NCBI GenBank assembly: GCA_046726415.1
Contig: JBKPAK010000237.1
Coordinates: 1-15,606 of the forward strand
Origin: Candidatus Methylomirabilota bacterium
GTDB taxonomy: Bacteria; Methylomirabilota; Methylomirabilia; Rokubacteriales; CSP1-6
Direction: 5' to 3'
Length of the DNA: 15,606 nucleotides
Positions 1 to 7,009 of the stretch are shown here, in pieces. A model generated the notes under the pieces. The model saw only the letters and a list, made by a program, of their open reading frames with translations. It searched no databases and was not told the DNA's origin. Positions within the stretch are counted from its first letter, which is position 1. The number at the start of each line of letters is the position of its first letter. The position numbers and the translations under genes were made by a program.

Positions 1-74
1 TTGTTGGTCCCGCCGTGTCGCGCGCGGCCGGCTTTGGGGGGGGGGGGCCCAGGGCGGCCCCCCCACGCCCCCCC

Positions 75-248
75 ACGCTCGGGGCGCCCCGGCGCAGCCG
101 TGGCACCCCTCGATCTCCCGACGCTCGGGCGCCCCGGCCCAGCCGTGGCACCCCTCGATCTCCCGACGCTCGGGCCCCCCGGCCCAGCCGTGGCACCCCT
201 CGATCTCCCGACGCTCGGGCCCCCCGGGGCAGCCGTGGCACCTCTCGA
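75..248. repeat. ~3.8 tandem copies of a 45-bp palindromic REP-like unit (ACGCTCGGGC[G/C]CCCCGGC[G/C]CAGCCGTGGCACCCCTCGATCTCCCG)
   Basis: Units at 75-120 (46 bp), 121-165, 166-210 and a partial, diverged unit at 211-248. Each can fold (GGGCGCC-C-CGGC-loop-GCCG-T-GGCACCC). There are no unique spacers. The array lies just downstream of the dehydrogenase stop. Confidence 0.9.
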
Positions 249-270
249 ATACCCCTCGGGCGCCTTCGCG

Positions 271-1275
271 TCATCGGGGGGCGGGTCGCAGATGGGCGGG
301 TCGTGGCAAGAGCTCCTTGTTGGCGAGGACGTGCGGCATCTCGCCGCGTAGCACGCGCAGCATCTCGCCGGCCACCTGAAGGGCCATCGTCCGGTTGGCC
401 TCGGCCGTCACCCCGGCGACGTGCGCGCTCACCACGACGTTGTCGAGATTGAACAGCGGGTTGTCGACGGAGCTCGGCTCCTCCTCGAAAACGTCGAGTC
501 CCGCGGCACCGAGCTGACCACGCGCCAGGGCCTCGAACAGCGCGCGCTCGTCCTGCACGGGACCCCGCGACGTGTTCACGAAGACGGCGCCCTTCTTCAT
601 GAGCCCCAGCGTCCGCGCGTTGATCATGCCGCGCGTCTCGGGGGTGAGGGGAGCGTGGCACGTCAGGACATCGACCAGGGGCAGGAGCGCCTCCAGGCTC
701 GTCATCGGTTCGACGCCGCAGCGGGCCAACTCGTCAGCGGGAACGTAGGGATCGTAGCCGAGCACGCGCATGCCGAAGGCGGCGGCCAGCCGGGCTGTGA
801 TGCGGCCGATATTCCCCACCCCGATGATTCCGAGCGTCTTGCCCTTCAGCTCAAACATCTCCTCGGCCCGCACCCCTCCCCAGTTGCCGGCGCGGGTCAG
901 GCGGTCGACCCGGCACGCCTGCTTGGCGCAGCTCAGTATGAGCAGCATGGCGTGCTCGGCCACCGACTGCGAATTGGAGCCGGGAGCATGCACGACCGCG
1001 ATATTCAGGCGCGAGGCAGCGGGTATGTCGATGGTGTCGAGTCCAGCGCCGTAGCGGCCGACCACCTTGAGCTTCGGGCAGGCAGCCATGAGGTGTTCCG
1101 TGCAGCTCGGCTTGAGGAAGAACAGGATGCCCTCGGCATCGGCCGCGGCCTTGATCATCCCCTCCTCGGTGGGATCATCGCAGCCGACCACGCGCACTTC
1201 GCTCTCCAGCAACGCCTGGCCGTCCGGGTGGATGGGACCTGCCACGACGACGAGCGGACGGGAAACGGTGGCCAT
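271..1275 (-). CDS. D-isomer-specific 2-hydroxyacid dehydrogenase (SerA/phosphoglycerate dehydrogenase-like, no ACT domain)
   Basis: 334 aa with GRYGAGLD, Rossmann GIIGVGNIG, HAPLTPET, NTSRG (Arg), LDVFEEEP (Glu) and SAHVAG (His). SD GGAG lies 9 nt before the ATG. Confidence 0.9.
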   Translation of the reverse strand: MATVSRPLVVVAGPIHPDGQALLESEVRVVGCDDPTEEGMIKAAADAEGILFFLKPSCTEHLMAACPKLKVVGRYGAGLDTIDIPAASRLNIAVVHAPGSNSQSVAEHAMLLILSCAKQACRVDRLTRAGNWGGVRAEEMFELKGKTLGIIGVGNIGRITARLAAAFGMRVLGYDPYVPADELARCGVEPMTSLEALLPLVDVLTCHAPLTPETRGMINARTLGLMKKGAVFVNTSRGPVQDERALFEALARGQLGAAGLDVFEEEPSSVDNPLFNLDNVVVSAHVAGVTAEANRTMALQVAGEMLRVLRGEMPHVLANKELLPRPAHLRPAPR

Positions 1276-1321
1276 GGCGATGATCTCCGTTTCGGATCAA
1301 AGCAGAGCAGCGGCGCTCCCT

Positions 1322-1355
1322 GGACGTCAATCGATTTGGGACGTCAATCGATCTG
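1322..1355. repeat. 17-bp tandem duplication covering the HlyD gene stop codon
   Basis: Minus strand reads CAGATCGATTGACGTCC CAAATCGATTGACGTCC (16/17 identical). Confidence 0.8.
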
Positions 1356-2594
1356 AATGGAAGCGCTGACCGACATGCCTGCCCGAAGAGGCTGCGGGTT
1401 TCCGATCTCCTTCTCGTCGAGGAGGATCTTGACGGGAATGCGCTGGACCACCTTCACCCAGTTGCCCGTGGCGTTCTCGGGAGGGAGGAGCGAGAAACGG
1501 GCGCCCGTCCCCGCACTGATGGAGTGGACCTTGCCCGTGAACTTCTTGCCGGGCAGGCCATCGACGGTGATCTCCGCCCACTGGCCCGGGTGCACCCGCG
1601 CAAGCTGAGTCTCCTTGAAGTTGGCCACCACCCACACCTCGTGAAGCGGCACGATGGCCAGCAGCGGCTGGCCGGTTTGGACGATCTGCCCCAACTCGAC
1701 CGTGCGCTTGGATACGATGCCGTCACCGGGGGCCCGGACCTCCGTGTACTGGAGCTGAAGGTCGGCATGGGCCAGGTCGGCCTGGGCCTCCTTGAGGCGC
1801 GCTTCGGCCCGGCTCGACTCGGCATCTTTGATGGCGACCTGGTGGCGGCCGCTCTCTGAGCGCGCCAGGGCCGCCCGCGCCTCCGCCACGCGCTGCTGCG
1901 CCTGCTCCACGGCGATGCGCTTCGACCCCAGCTCCGCCTCCGCCTGTTGAACCTCGCGCTCCGCCTGAAGCAGGCGGCGGCGGGTCGCATCGAGCGTCGC
2001 CGCCGCCGTCTCCATCACTGAATCCGCCGTGTCGAAGTCCCGCTGAGCGACGAAGCCACCCTTCACGAGGCGATCCATCCGCTCGCGCTCGCGCACCGTC
2101 TGCCGGGACGCGCTCTCCGCACCCGTCACCTCGGCGCGCATGGCTTCAGTTGCGGCCCGTCGAGCCTCCAGGCGGGCTCGCGCCTCTTCCACGCCGGCCT
2201 CGGCGGAGCGCACGGCCACCACGGCTGCCTCCAGCGCGGCCCGCGCCTGGTCGATCTGCGCGCTCGTGTCGTCGCGCGCGAGTGGCACTTCGGAACGTGC
2301 CGCGCGCAGACTGGCCTCGGCGGTGGCCACGGCCGAGCCCGCCTGGTCGCGCCGGACCTGAAAGTCCCGCGGGTCGATGCGCAGGAGCAAATCCCCTTTT
2401 TTGACCGGCTGGTTGTCCTCGATGAGCAACTGGACGACGTGGCCCGGCACCTTGGCGCTGATGGTGGTGATAGTGCCTTCGACGTACGCGTCGTCCGTGG
2501 AGACCCAGGAGCGAGACTGGTACCATCGGTAGCTCGCATAGGCAAGGCCCAATACGAGGGCCACGCCTCCAAGCGCGAGCATCAGACGTCGCAT
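1344..2594 (-). CDS. HlyD/EmrA-family efflux periplasmic adaptor (membrane fusion protein)
   Basis: N-terminal TM helix, STDDAYVEG, lipoyl-half ISAKVPGHV, long coiled coil, VRAPGDGIV, WVVANFKETQL and the EmrA signature GARFSLLPPENATGNWVKVVQRIPVKI. Confidence 0.93.
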   Translation of the reverse strand: MRRLMLALGGVALVLGLAYASYRWYQSRSWVSTDDAYVEGTITTISAKVPGHVVQLLIEDNQPVKKGDLLLRIDPRDFQVRRDQAGSAVATAEASLRAARSEVPLARDDTSAQIDQARAALEAAVVAVRSAEAGVEEARARLEARRAATEAMRAEVTGAESASRQTVRERERMDRLVKGGFVAQRDFDTADSVMETAAATLDATRRRLLQAEREVQQAEAELGSKRIAVEQAQQRVAEARAALARSESGRHQVAIKDAESSRAEARLKEAQADLAHADLQLQYTEVRAPGDGIVSKRTVELGQIVQTGQPLLAIVPLHEVWVVANFKETQLARVHPGQWAEITVDGLPGKKFTGKVHSISAGTGARFSLLPPENATGNWVKVVQRIPVKILLDEKEIGNPQPLRAGMSVSASIQID

Positions 2595-2645
2595 GTCAGG
2601 CTCGGCCGAGGCCGAGCAACCCGAGCGGCCGTATCGCCATCAGGA

Positions 2646-2823
2646 CGTCGCGGAGCGTCGCAGGACTCTCCCGAGGACGGTGCCCGGCATCGCCGTCCCC
2701 CGATGATCGGAACGGCTACCCGGGCCACCCGAGTCATGATTCACCCTGCGGATCCGGAGCATCGTCGATGATCCCCCCTGGGAGCGCCCGGCCACGGTCC
2801 GAGTTCAGTGCGGTTCCGCGACG
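2646..2823 (-). ncRNA. Candidate structured RNA or structured 5' leader (~180-nt imperfect rod); family unassigned
   Basis: Nested arm pairing by eye: 2646-2654/2815-2823 (9 bp perfect), 2659-2662/2809-2812, 2663-2668/2801-2806, 2675-2687/2788-2800, 2691-2699/2780-2786 and 2701-2705/2760-2764. Starts ~10 nt after the predicted TSS of the minus-strand promoter. Confidence 0.4.
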
Positions 2824-2840
2824 CGTCTCGAAACGCCTCC

Positions 2841-2869
2841 GTAATACCGGGGCGCTGGAAGGAAGTCAA
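2841..2869 (-). promoter_or_regulatory. sigma70-type promoter TTGACT-N17-TATTAC driving the structured leader and HlyD operon
   Basis: -35 at 2869-2864, -10 at 2846-2841, exact 17-bp spacer, located in the divergent intergenic region. Confidence 0.65.
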
Positions 2870-2900
2870 GAAGCCGAAAGGCGTTCTACGGCGAAATCTA

Positions 2901-2909
2901 TGGTATAAG
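2901..2909 (+). promoter_or_regulatory. Putative extended -10 element (TGgTATAAG) for bamD
   Basis: AT-rich patch ending 16 nt before the bamD ATG. No recognisable -35. Confidence 0.4.
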
Positions 2910-2925
2910 GAACGCCGACTTCCGT

Positions 2926-3684
2926 ATGCGACGCCCCGCGTGTCTCCGGATCCTCCTCCTCGGCGTCGGCCTCCTGCTGGCGGCGGGATGCTCCTGGCTG
3001 AAGCCCACGCCGACGCCCATCCTGCCGGCCGACGAGCTCTACAAGCTCGGCGAGGAGGATCTGGACAAGCGTCTGTACGAAGACGCGCGGGGGCACTTCA
3101 AGAAGATCGTGGAGCGTTACCCGGAATCGCCCTTCGCCTCTCGGGCGCGCTTCCTCTCCGGCGAGGCGTACTACCGCGAGGCGGAGTTTCCCAAAGCCAT
3201 TAAGGAATTCGAGATCTTCCTGTCGTTCTATCCGCGACACCAGATCGCCGACCTCGTCCAGTACCGGCTGGCCATGTCGTACTACGATCAGATGAAGCCA
3301 ATCGAGCAGGACCAGTCGATCACCACCAAGGCGCTCGAGCAGTTCAAGAAGCTCGTCAAGGAATACCCTGAGAGCCGCTACGCGACCGACGGCTTGGCGA
3401 AGATCGACATCTGCCGCGGTCGGCTCGCTCAGAAGGAGCTGTGGGTGGCCAACTGGTACTTCACGCAGGGGAATCCCAGCGGGGCTCGGCAGCGGCTGGA
3501 GCTCATTCTCAAGGAGTACCCGCGGACCCTCGTCATCCCCGAGACTCTCTGGCTGCTCGCCGAAGTCAACGCCCGCGAGGGCAAGACGCGCGAGGCGAAC
3601 GAGTTGCTCCAGCGCTTGTCCGCCGACTTCTCCCACACCGACTACGGGCGGCGCGCCGCCCAGCGCCTCCGGGCGCAAAAATAG
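2926..3684 (+). CDS. bamD: Outer membrane protein assembly factor BamD (TPR lipoprotein)
   Basis: Lipobox LLAAG-C22, TPR helices ([21 protein letters not shown]), [25 protein letters not shown] and [12 protein letters not shown], all typical of BamD/YfiO. Confidence 0.92.
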   Translation: MRRPACLRILLLGVGLLLAAGCSWLKPTPTPILPADELYKLGEEDLDKRLYEDARGHFKKIVERYPESPFASRARFLSGEAYYREAEFPKAIKEFEIFLSFYPRHQIADLVQYRLAMSYYDQMKPIEQDQSITTKALEQFKKLVKEYPESRYATDGLAKIDICRGRLAQKELWVANWYFTQGNPSGARQRLELILKEYPRTLVIPETLWLLAEVNAREGKTREANELLQRLSADFSHTDYGRRAAQRLRAQK

Positions 3685-3698
3685 ACCGAGGAGGAACT

Positions 3699-4745
3699 GT
3701 GCACGACGTCGTCGACCTCCGCTCCGACACCCTCACTACCCCGACGCCCGAGATGCGCGAGGCGATGGGCCGAGCCGAGGTCGGCGACGATGTGTGGGGA
3801 GAGGATCCGACCGTCCAGCGCCTGGAGACCCTGGCCGCCGAGCGGACAGGCCAGGAGGCCGCTCTCTACGTGACGTCAGGTACGCAGGGAAACCTCGTCT
3901 CGGTGCTCGCCCAGACCCAGCCTGGTCAGGAGGTCATCCTCGACCTGGACTCCCACGTCTACAACTACGAGGTCGGGGGCGCGTCGCTCATCGGGGGAGT
4001 CCAGATGCGGCCGGTGAAAACCGAACGCGGCTTCCTGACGCCCGAGCAGGTGCGCGAAGCGGTCCGGCCCGCAAACATCCACCTTCCGATCAGCGCCCTC
4101 GTGTGTCTCGAGAACACGCACAATCGGCACGGCGGCACTTGTTGTACCCCTGAGGACATCGCGGCGGTCGCGCGCGCCGCCCACGAGGTTGGCCTTCGCG
4201 TGCATCTCGACGGGGCCCGCCTCTTCAATGCCGCGGTCGCCCTGCGGCGCGAGGCGCGGGAGTTCACGCGCGATGTCGACTCCGTGACGTTCTGCCTGTC
4301 GAAGGGGCTCGGCGCCCCGGTCGGATCAGTCGTCTGCGGAAGTGCGGACTTCGTCACCCGGGCCCGGCGCTGGCGCAAGCTCCTCGGCGGTGGGATGCGG
4401 CAAGCCGGAGTGCTCGCGGCGGCCGGCCTGGTGGCCCTGGAGCGCATGGTCGACCGTCTGGCCGAGGATCACGCCAACGCGCGGGCGCTGGCCGACGGAC
4501 TGACACCGCTGCCTGGCCTCGCCATCGATCGGGCGAGCGTCCAGACGAATATCGTCATCCTTCGCGTCACTGGTGCCGCCTCGATACAACGGACGGCGGA
4601 GCTGGTCCGGGCGTGCGCGGAGCGGAAGGTGAAGGTGCACGGGATCAGCCCGACCAGCATCCGCTGCGTGACCCACAAGGACGTCGACGCCGATGACGTC
4701 GCCCGCGCGGTCGACGCGTTCCGCGAGGCCACCAGCCGGTGGTAG
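3699..4745 (+). CDS. ltaE: Low-specificity L-threonine aldolase (PLP)
   Basis: GTG start at 3699 after SD GAGGAGG; the ORF track over-extends to 3441. Motifs [51 protein letters not shown] (PLP Lys) and GGGMRQAG. Confidence 0.95.
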   Translation: MHDVVDLRSDTLTTPTPEMREAMGRAEVGDDVWGEDPTVQRLETLAAERTGQEAALYVTSGTQGNLVSVLAQTQPGQEVILDLDSHVYNYEVGGASLIGGVQMRPVKTERGFLTPEQVREAVRPANIHLPISALVCLENTHNRHGGTCCTPEDIAAVARAAHEVGLRVHLDGARLFNAAVALRREAREFTRDVDSVTFCLSKGLGAPVGSVVCGSADFVTRARRWRKLLGGGMRQAGVLAAAGLVALERMVDRLAEDHANARALADGLTPLPGLAIDRASVQTNIVILRVTGAASIQRTAELVRACAERKVKVHGISPTSIRCVTHKDVDADDVARAVDAFREATSRW

Positions 4746-4755
4746 ATGCGCGCCG

Positions 4756-4971
4756 ACGGGGGGTCTGCAGTGCGTCGCGCCCCCTCCAGGGGGAACATCG
4801 AGGTCGGCTGAGCCATTATTCTAGCCCCAGGGTCGCCGGGGAGGTCGAGGGCGTCGCGTCCCCTCGGGCAGAAACCGTCGTCGCTCCCAGCGTGAAACGG
4901 GGAGGTCCGGAGGGACCGTCGTCGCTCCCAGCGTGAAACGGGGAGGTCTGGAGGGGGCGTCGCGCCCCCTC
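4756..4971. repeat. Intergenic cluster of REP-like elements with an internal 41-bp tandem duplication
   Basis: Motif ACGGGGAGGTCTGGAGGGGGCGTCGCGCCCCCTC is intact at 4938-4971 and degenerate at ~4756-4787 and ~4838-4866. The 41-bp unit occurs at 4874-4914 and 4915-4955 (1 mismatch). Hairpin GAGGGGGCG-TCG-CGCCCCCTC at 4951-4971. Confidence 0.8.
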
Positions 4972-4996
4972 AAGTAAGACAGAGAACGGAGGCGGC

Positions 4997-5974
4997 ATGG
5001 CCGAACGGCTCCTGGAAGTGAAGGGCTTGAAGACGCACTTCTTCACCGACGAGGGCGTGGTGCGCGCCGTCGATGGCATCGATTTCCACATCGACAAGGG
5101 CGAGACCCTGGGGATCGTGGGGGAGTCCGGGTGCGGCAAGAGCGTGACGGCGCTATCGGTCATGCGCCTGATTCCGCAGCCGCCCGGCCGCATTGTCGAG
5201 GGGCAGATCGTCTACAACGGCAAGAACCTGCTCGATCTCTCCCCGGCCCAGATCCGCAAGATCCGCGGCAAGGAAATCTCGATGATCTTCCAAGAGCCCA
5301 TGACATCGCTTAATCCGGTGTTCACGGTGGGAGAGCAGATCGCCGAGGCCATCCGCTTGCACGAGGGGCTGGGCCGGCGCGATGCCATGGACAAAACGGT
5401 GGACATGCTGCGACTGGTCCACATCCCCAACGCCGAGCGCCGGGTGAAGGAGTACCCGCACCAGCTCTCGGGTGGAATGCGCCAGCGGATCATGATCGCC
5501 ATGGCCCTCTCGTGCAGCCCAAAACTGCTCATTGCCGACGAGCCCACGACCGCCCTCGACGTCACCATCCAGGCGCAGATCCTCGAGCTGCTCAACGAGC
5601 TGAAGGCCAAGTTCAACATGGCCGTCATGCTGATCACCCACGACATGGGGGTCATCGCGGAAACGGCCCAGCGCGTGGTCGTCATGTACGCGGCCCAGGT
5701 GGTGGAAGAGGCCTCGGCGGGGGAGCTGTTCAAGGAGCCGCTGCACCCCTACACGCAAGGGCTGCTCCGCTCGATCCCCCGCATCGATCTCGCCGCCATC
5801 CAGCGGACGCGCCTGCAGACGATTCCCGGTGTGGTGCCCACGCTGCGGGGGGCAGAGAGACCCGGGTGCCGATTCGCTCCGCGTTGCTCCTTCGCCAAGC
5901 CCACGCACTTCGAGAACACGCCGCCGCTCAAGGAAGTCAGGCCCGGCCACAAGGTCGCCTGCTTCCTGTACTGA
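4997..5974 (+). CDS. oppD: Oligopeptide/dipeptide ABC transporter ATP-binding protein (OppD/DppD-type)
   Basis: SD GGAGG, Walker [10 protein letters not shown]-loop [12 protein letters not shown], signature [12 protein letters not shown], Walker [16 protein letters not shown] and the oligo_HPY PLHPYT motif. Confidence 0.93.
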   Translation: MAERLLEVKGLKTHFFTDEGVVRAVDGIDFHIDKGETLGIVGESGCGKSVTALSVMRLIPQPPGRIVEGQIVYNGKNLLDLSPAQIRKIRGKEISMIFQEPMTSLNPVFTVGEQIAEAIRLHEGLGRRDAMDKTVDMLRLVHIPNAERRVKEYPHQLSGGMRQRIMIAMALSCSPKLLIADEPTTALDVTIQAQILELLNELKAKFNMAVMLITHDMGVIAETAQRVVVMYAAQVVEEASAGELFKEPLHPYTQGLLRSIPRIDLAAIQRTRLQTIPGVVPTLRGAERPGCRFAPRCSFAKPTHFENTPPLKEVRPGHKVACFLY

Positions 5975-5982
5975 GGCTCGCC

Positions 5983-6966
5983 ATGGCAGAGCTCTTGGTC
6001 GTCAAGAACCTCAAGAAGTACTTCCCGATCCGGGGCGGTCTGCTTTCCAAGGAAGTAGCCCGCGTGCACGCCGTCGACGACGTCTCCTTCGGCATCATGG
6101 CCGGAGAGACGCTCGGCCTGGTCGGCGAGTCGGGCTGCGGCAAATCGACCACTGGACGAACGATCCTGCGCCTCATCGAGCCGACGTCGGGGGAGGTCTG
6201 GTTCCAGGATAAGAACGTCACCGCGCTGGACAAGCGCACCTTGCGGGCTCTCCGGAAGGAGATGCAGATCATCTTCCAGGACCCCTACGCGTCGCTCAAT
6301 CCCCGAATGACTGTCGGCTCGATCATCGGGGAGGCCCTTGTCATCCACAAGCTCGCCCCGAACCGCAAGGCCCGCGAGGAGCGCGTGGTCCAGCTCCTGG
6401 AGACGGTGGGGCTCAACGCCGAGCACCTGCGGCGGTACCCCCACGAGTTCTCCGGGGGCCAGCGGCAGCGGATCGGGATCGCCCGCGCCCTCGCCGTCAG
6501 CCCGAAGCTCATCGTGGCCGACGAGCCGGTGTCCGCCCTGGACGTGTCCGTCCAGGCGCAGGTCATCAACCTGCTCGAGGACCTCCAAGCCCAGTTCGGC
6601 CTGACCTACCTGTTCATCGCCCACGACCTGTCGGTCGTGGAGCACATCTCCACCCGCGTGGCGGTGATGTACCTCGGCAAGATCGTCGAGATCGCCCCGG
6701 CCAAGGAGCTGTACACGAATCCAAGGCACCCCTACACGGAAGCGCTCCTGTCCGCGGTGCCGATCCCGGATCCCACCGTGAAACGCAAGCGGATCATCCT
6801 CGAAGGGGACGTGCCGAGTCCGATCAATCCGCCCTCCGGCTGCCGCTTCCACACGCGCTGCGCCCTGCGCGTCCCCTCGTGCTCGGAGAATGAGCAGGTG
6901 CTGAAGGAAACGTCGCCCGGCCACTGGGTGGCCTGCCAGGTCCGCACCGGCGTTGCCACCGGATGA
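5983..6966 (+). CDS. oppF: Oligopeptide/dipeptide ABC transporter ATP-binding protein (OppF/DppF-type)
   Basis: ATG at 5983 after GAGG; the ORF track over-extends to 5512. Motifs [48 protein letters not shown] and a C-terminal 4-Cys motif. Confidence 0.93.
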   Translation: MAELLVVKNLKKYFPIRGGLLSKEVARVHAVDDVSFGIMAGETLGLVGESGCGKSTTGRTILRLIEPTSGEVWFQDKNVTALDKRTLRALRKEMQIIFQDPYASLNPRMTVGSIIGEALVIHKLAPNRKAREERVVQLLETVGLNAEHLRRYPHEFSGGQRQRIGIARALAVSPKLIVADEPVSALDVSVQAQVINLLEDLQAQFGLTYLFIAHDLSVVEHISTRVAVMYLGKIVEIAPAKELYTNPRHPYTEALLSAVPIPDPTVKRKRIILEGDVPSPINPPSGCRFHTRCALRVPSCSENEQVLKETSPGHWVACQVRTGVATG

Positions 6967-7009
6967 TCCGACACCGGGGTGACCTCTTCGTGGACGGCCA
7001 CCGAGAACG

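Noticed and set aside
75..248. CRISPR array
   Set aside because: The units are contiguous with no unique spacers, and there are no cas genes in the window.
1..452. ORFs 1..351 and 15..452 with repeated peptides
   Set aside because: They are a by-product of the 45-bp (multiple of 3), stop-free GC repeat and overlap the dehydrogenase antisense.
2582..2737. 51-aa minus-strand ORF MTRVARVAVPII... in the leader
   Set aside because: Weak SD, Arg/Pro-rich off-frame composition and no recognisable motif.
2711..2750. c-di-AMP (ydaO) riboswitch or SRP helix 8 in the leader (minus strand GGGUGAAUC...GGG..CCCG)
   Set aside because: The conserved ACCCGNCAGCUAAC of ydaO and the CAGG-GNRA-AGCA motif of SRP are not present.
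1278..2773. CGATGATC 8-mer at 1278, 2701 and 2766 as a shared operator
   Set aside because: The same 8-mer also occurs within coding regions (e.g. ~1173, ~5280, ~6321, ~10612), so it is a common word here.
2646..2823. Retron msr-msd-like inverted repeats
   Set aside because: No reverse transcriptase is encoded in the window.
3441..3698. N-terminal extension of ltaE in the ORF track (likewise 5512-5982 for oppF)
   Set aside because: The extensions overlap the upstream genes. Family homology and SD sequences support starts at 3699 and 5983.
4874..4955. Mini-CRISPR
   Set aside because: Only two abutting 41-bp copies with no spacer.
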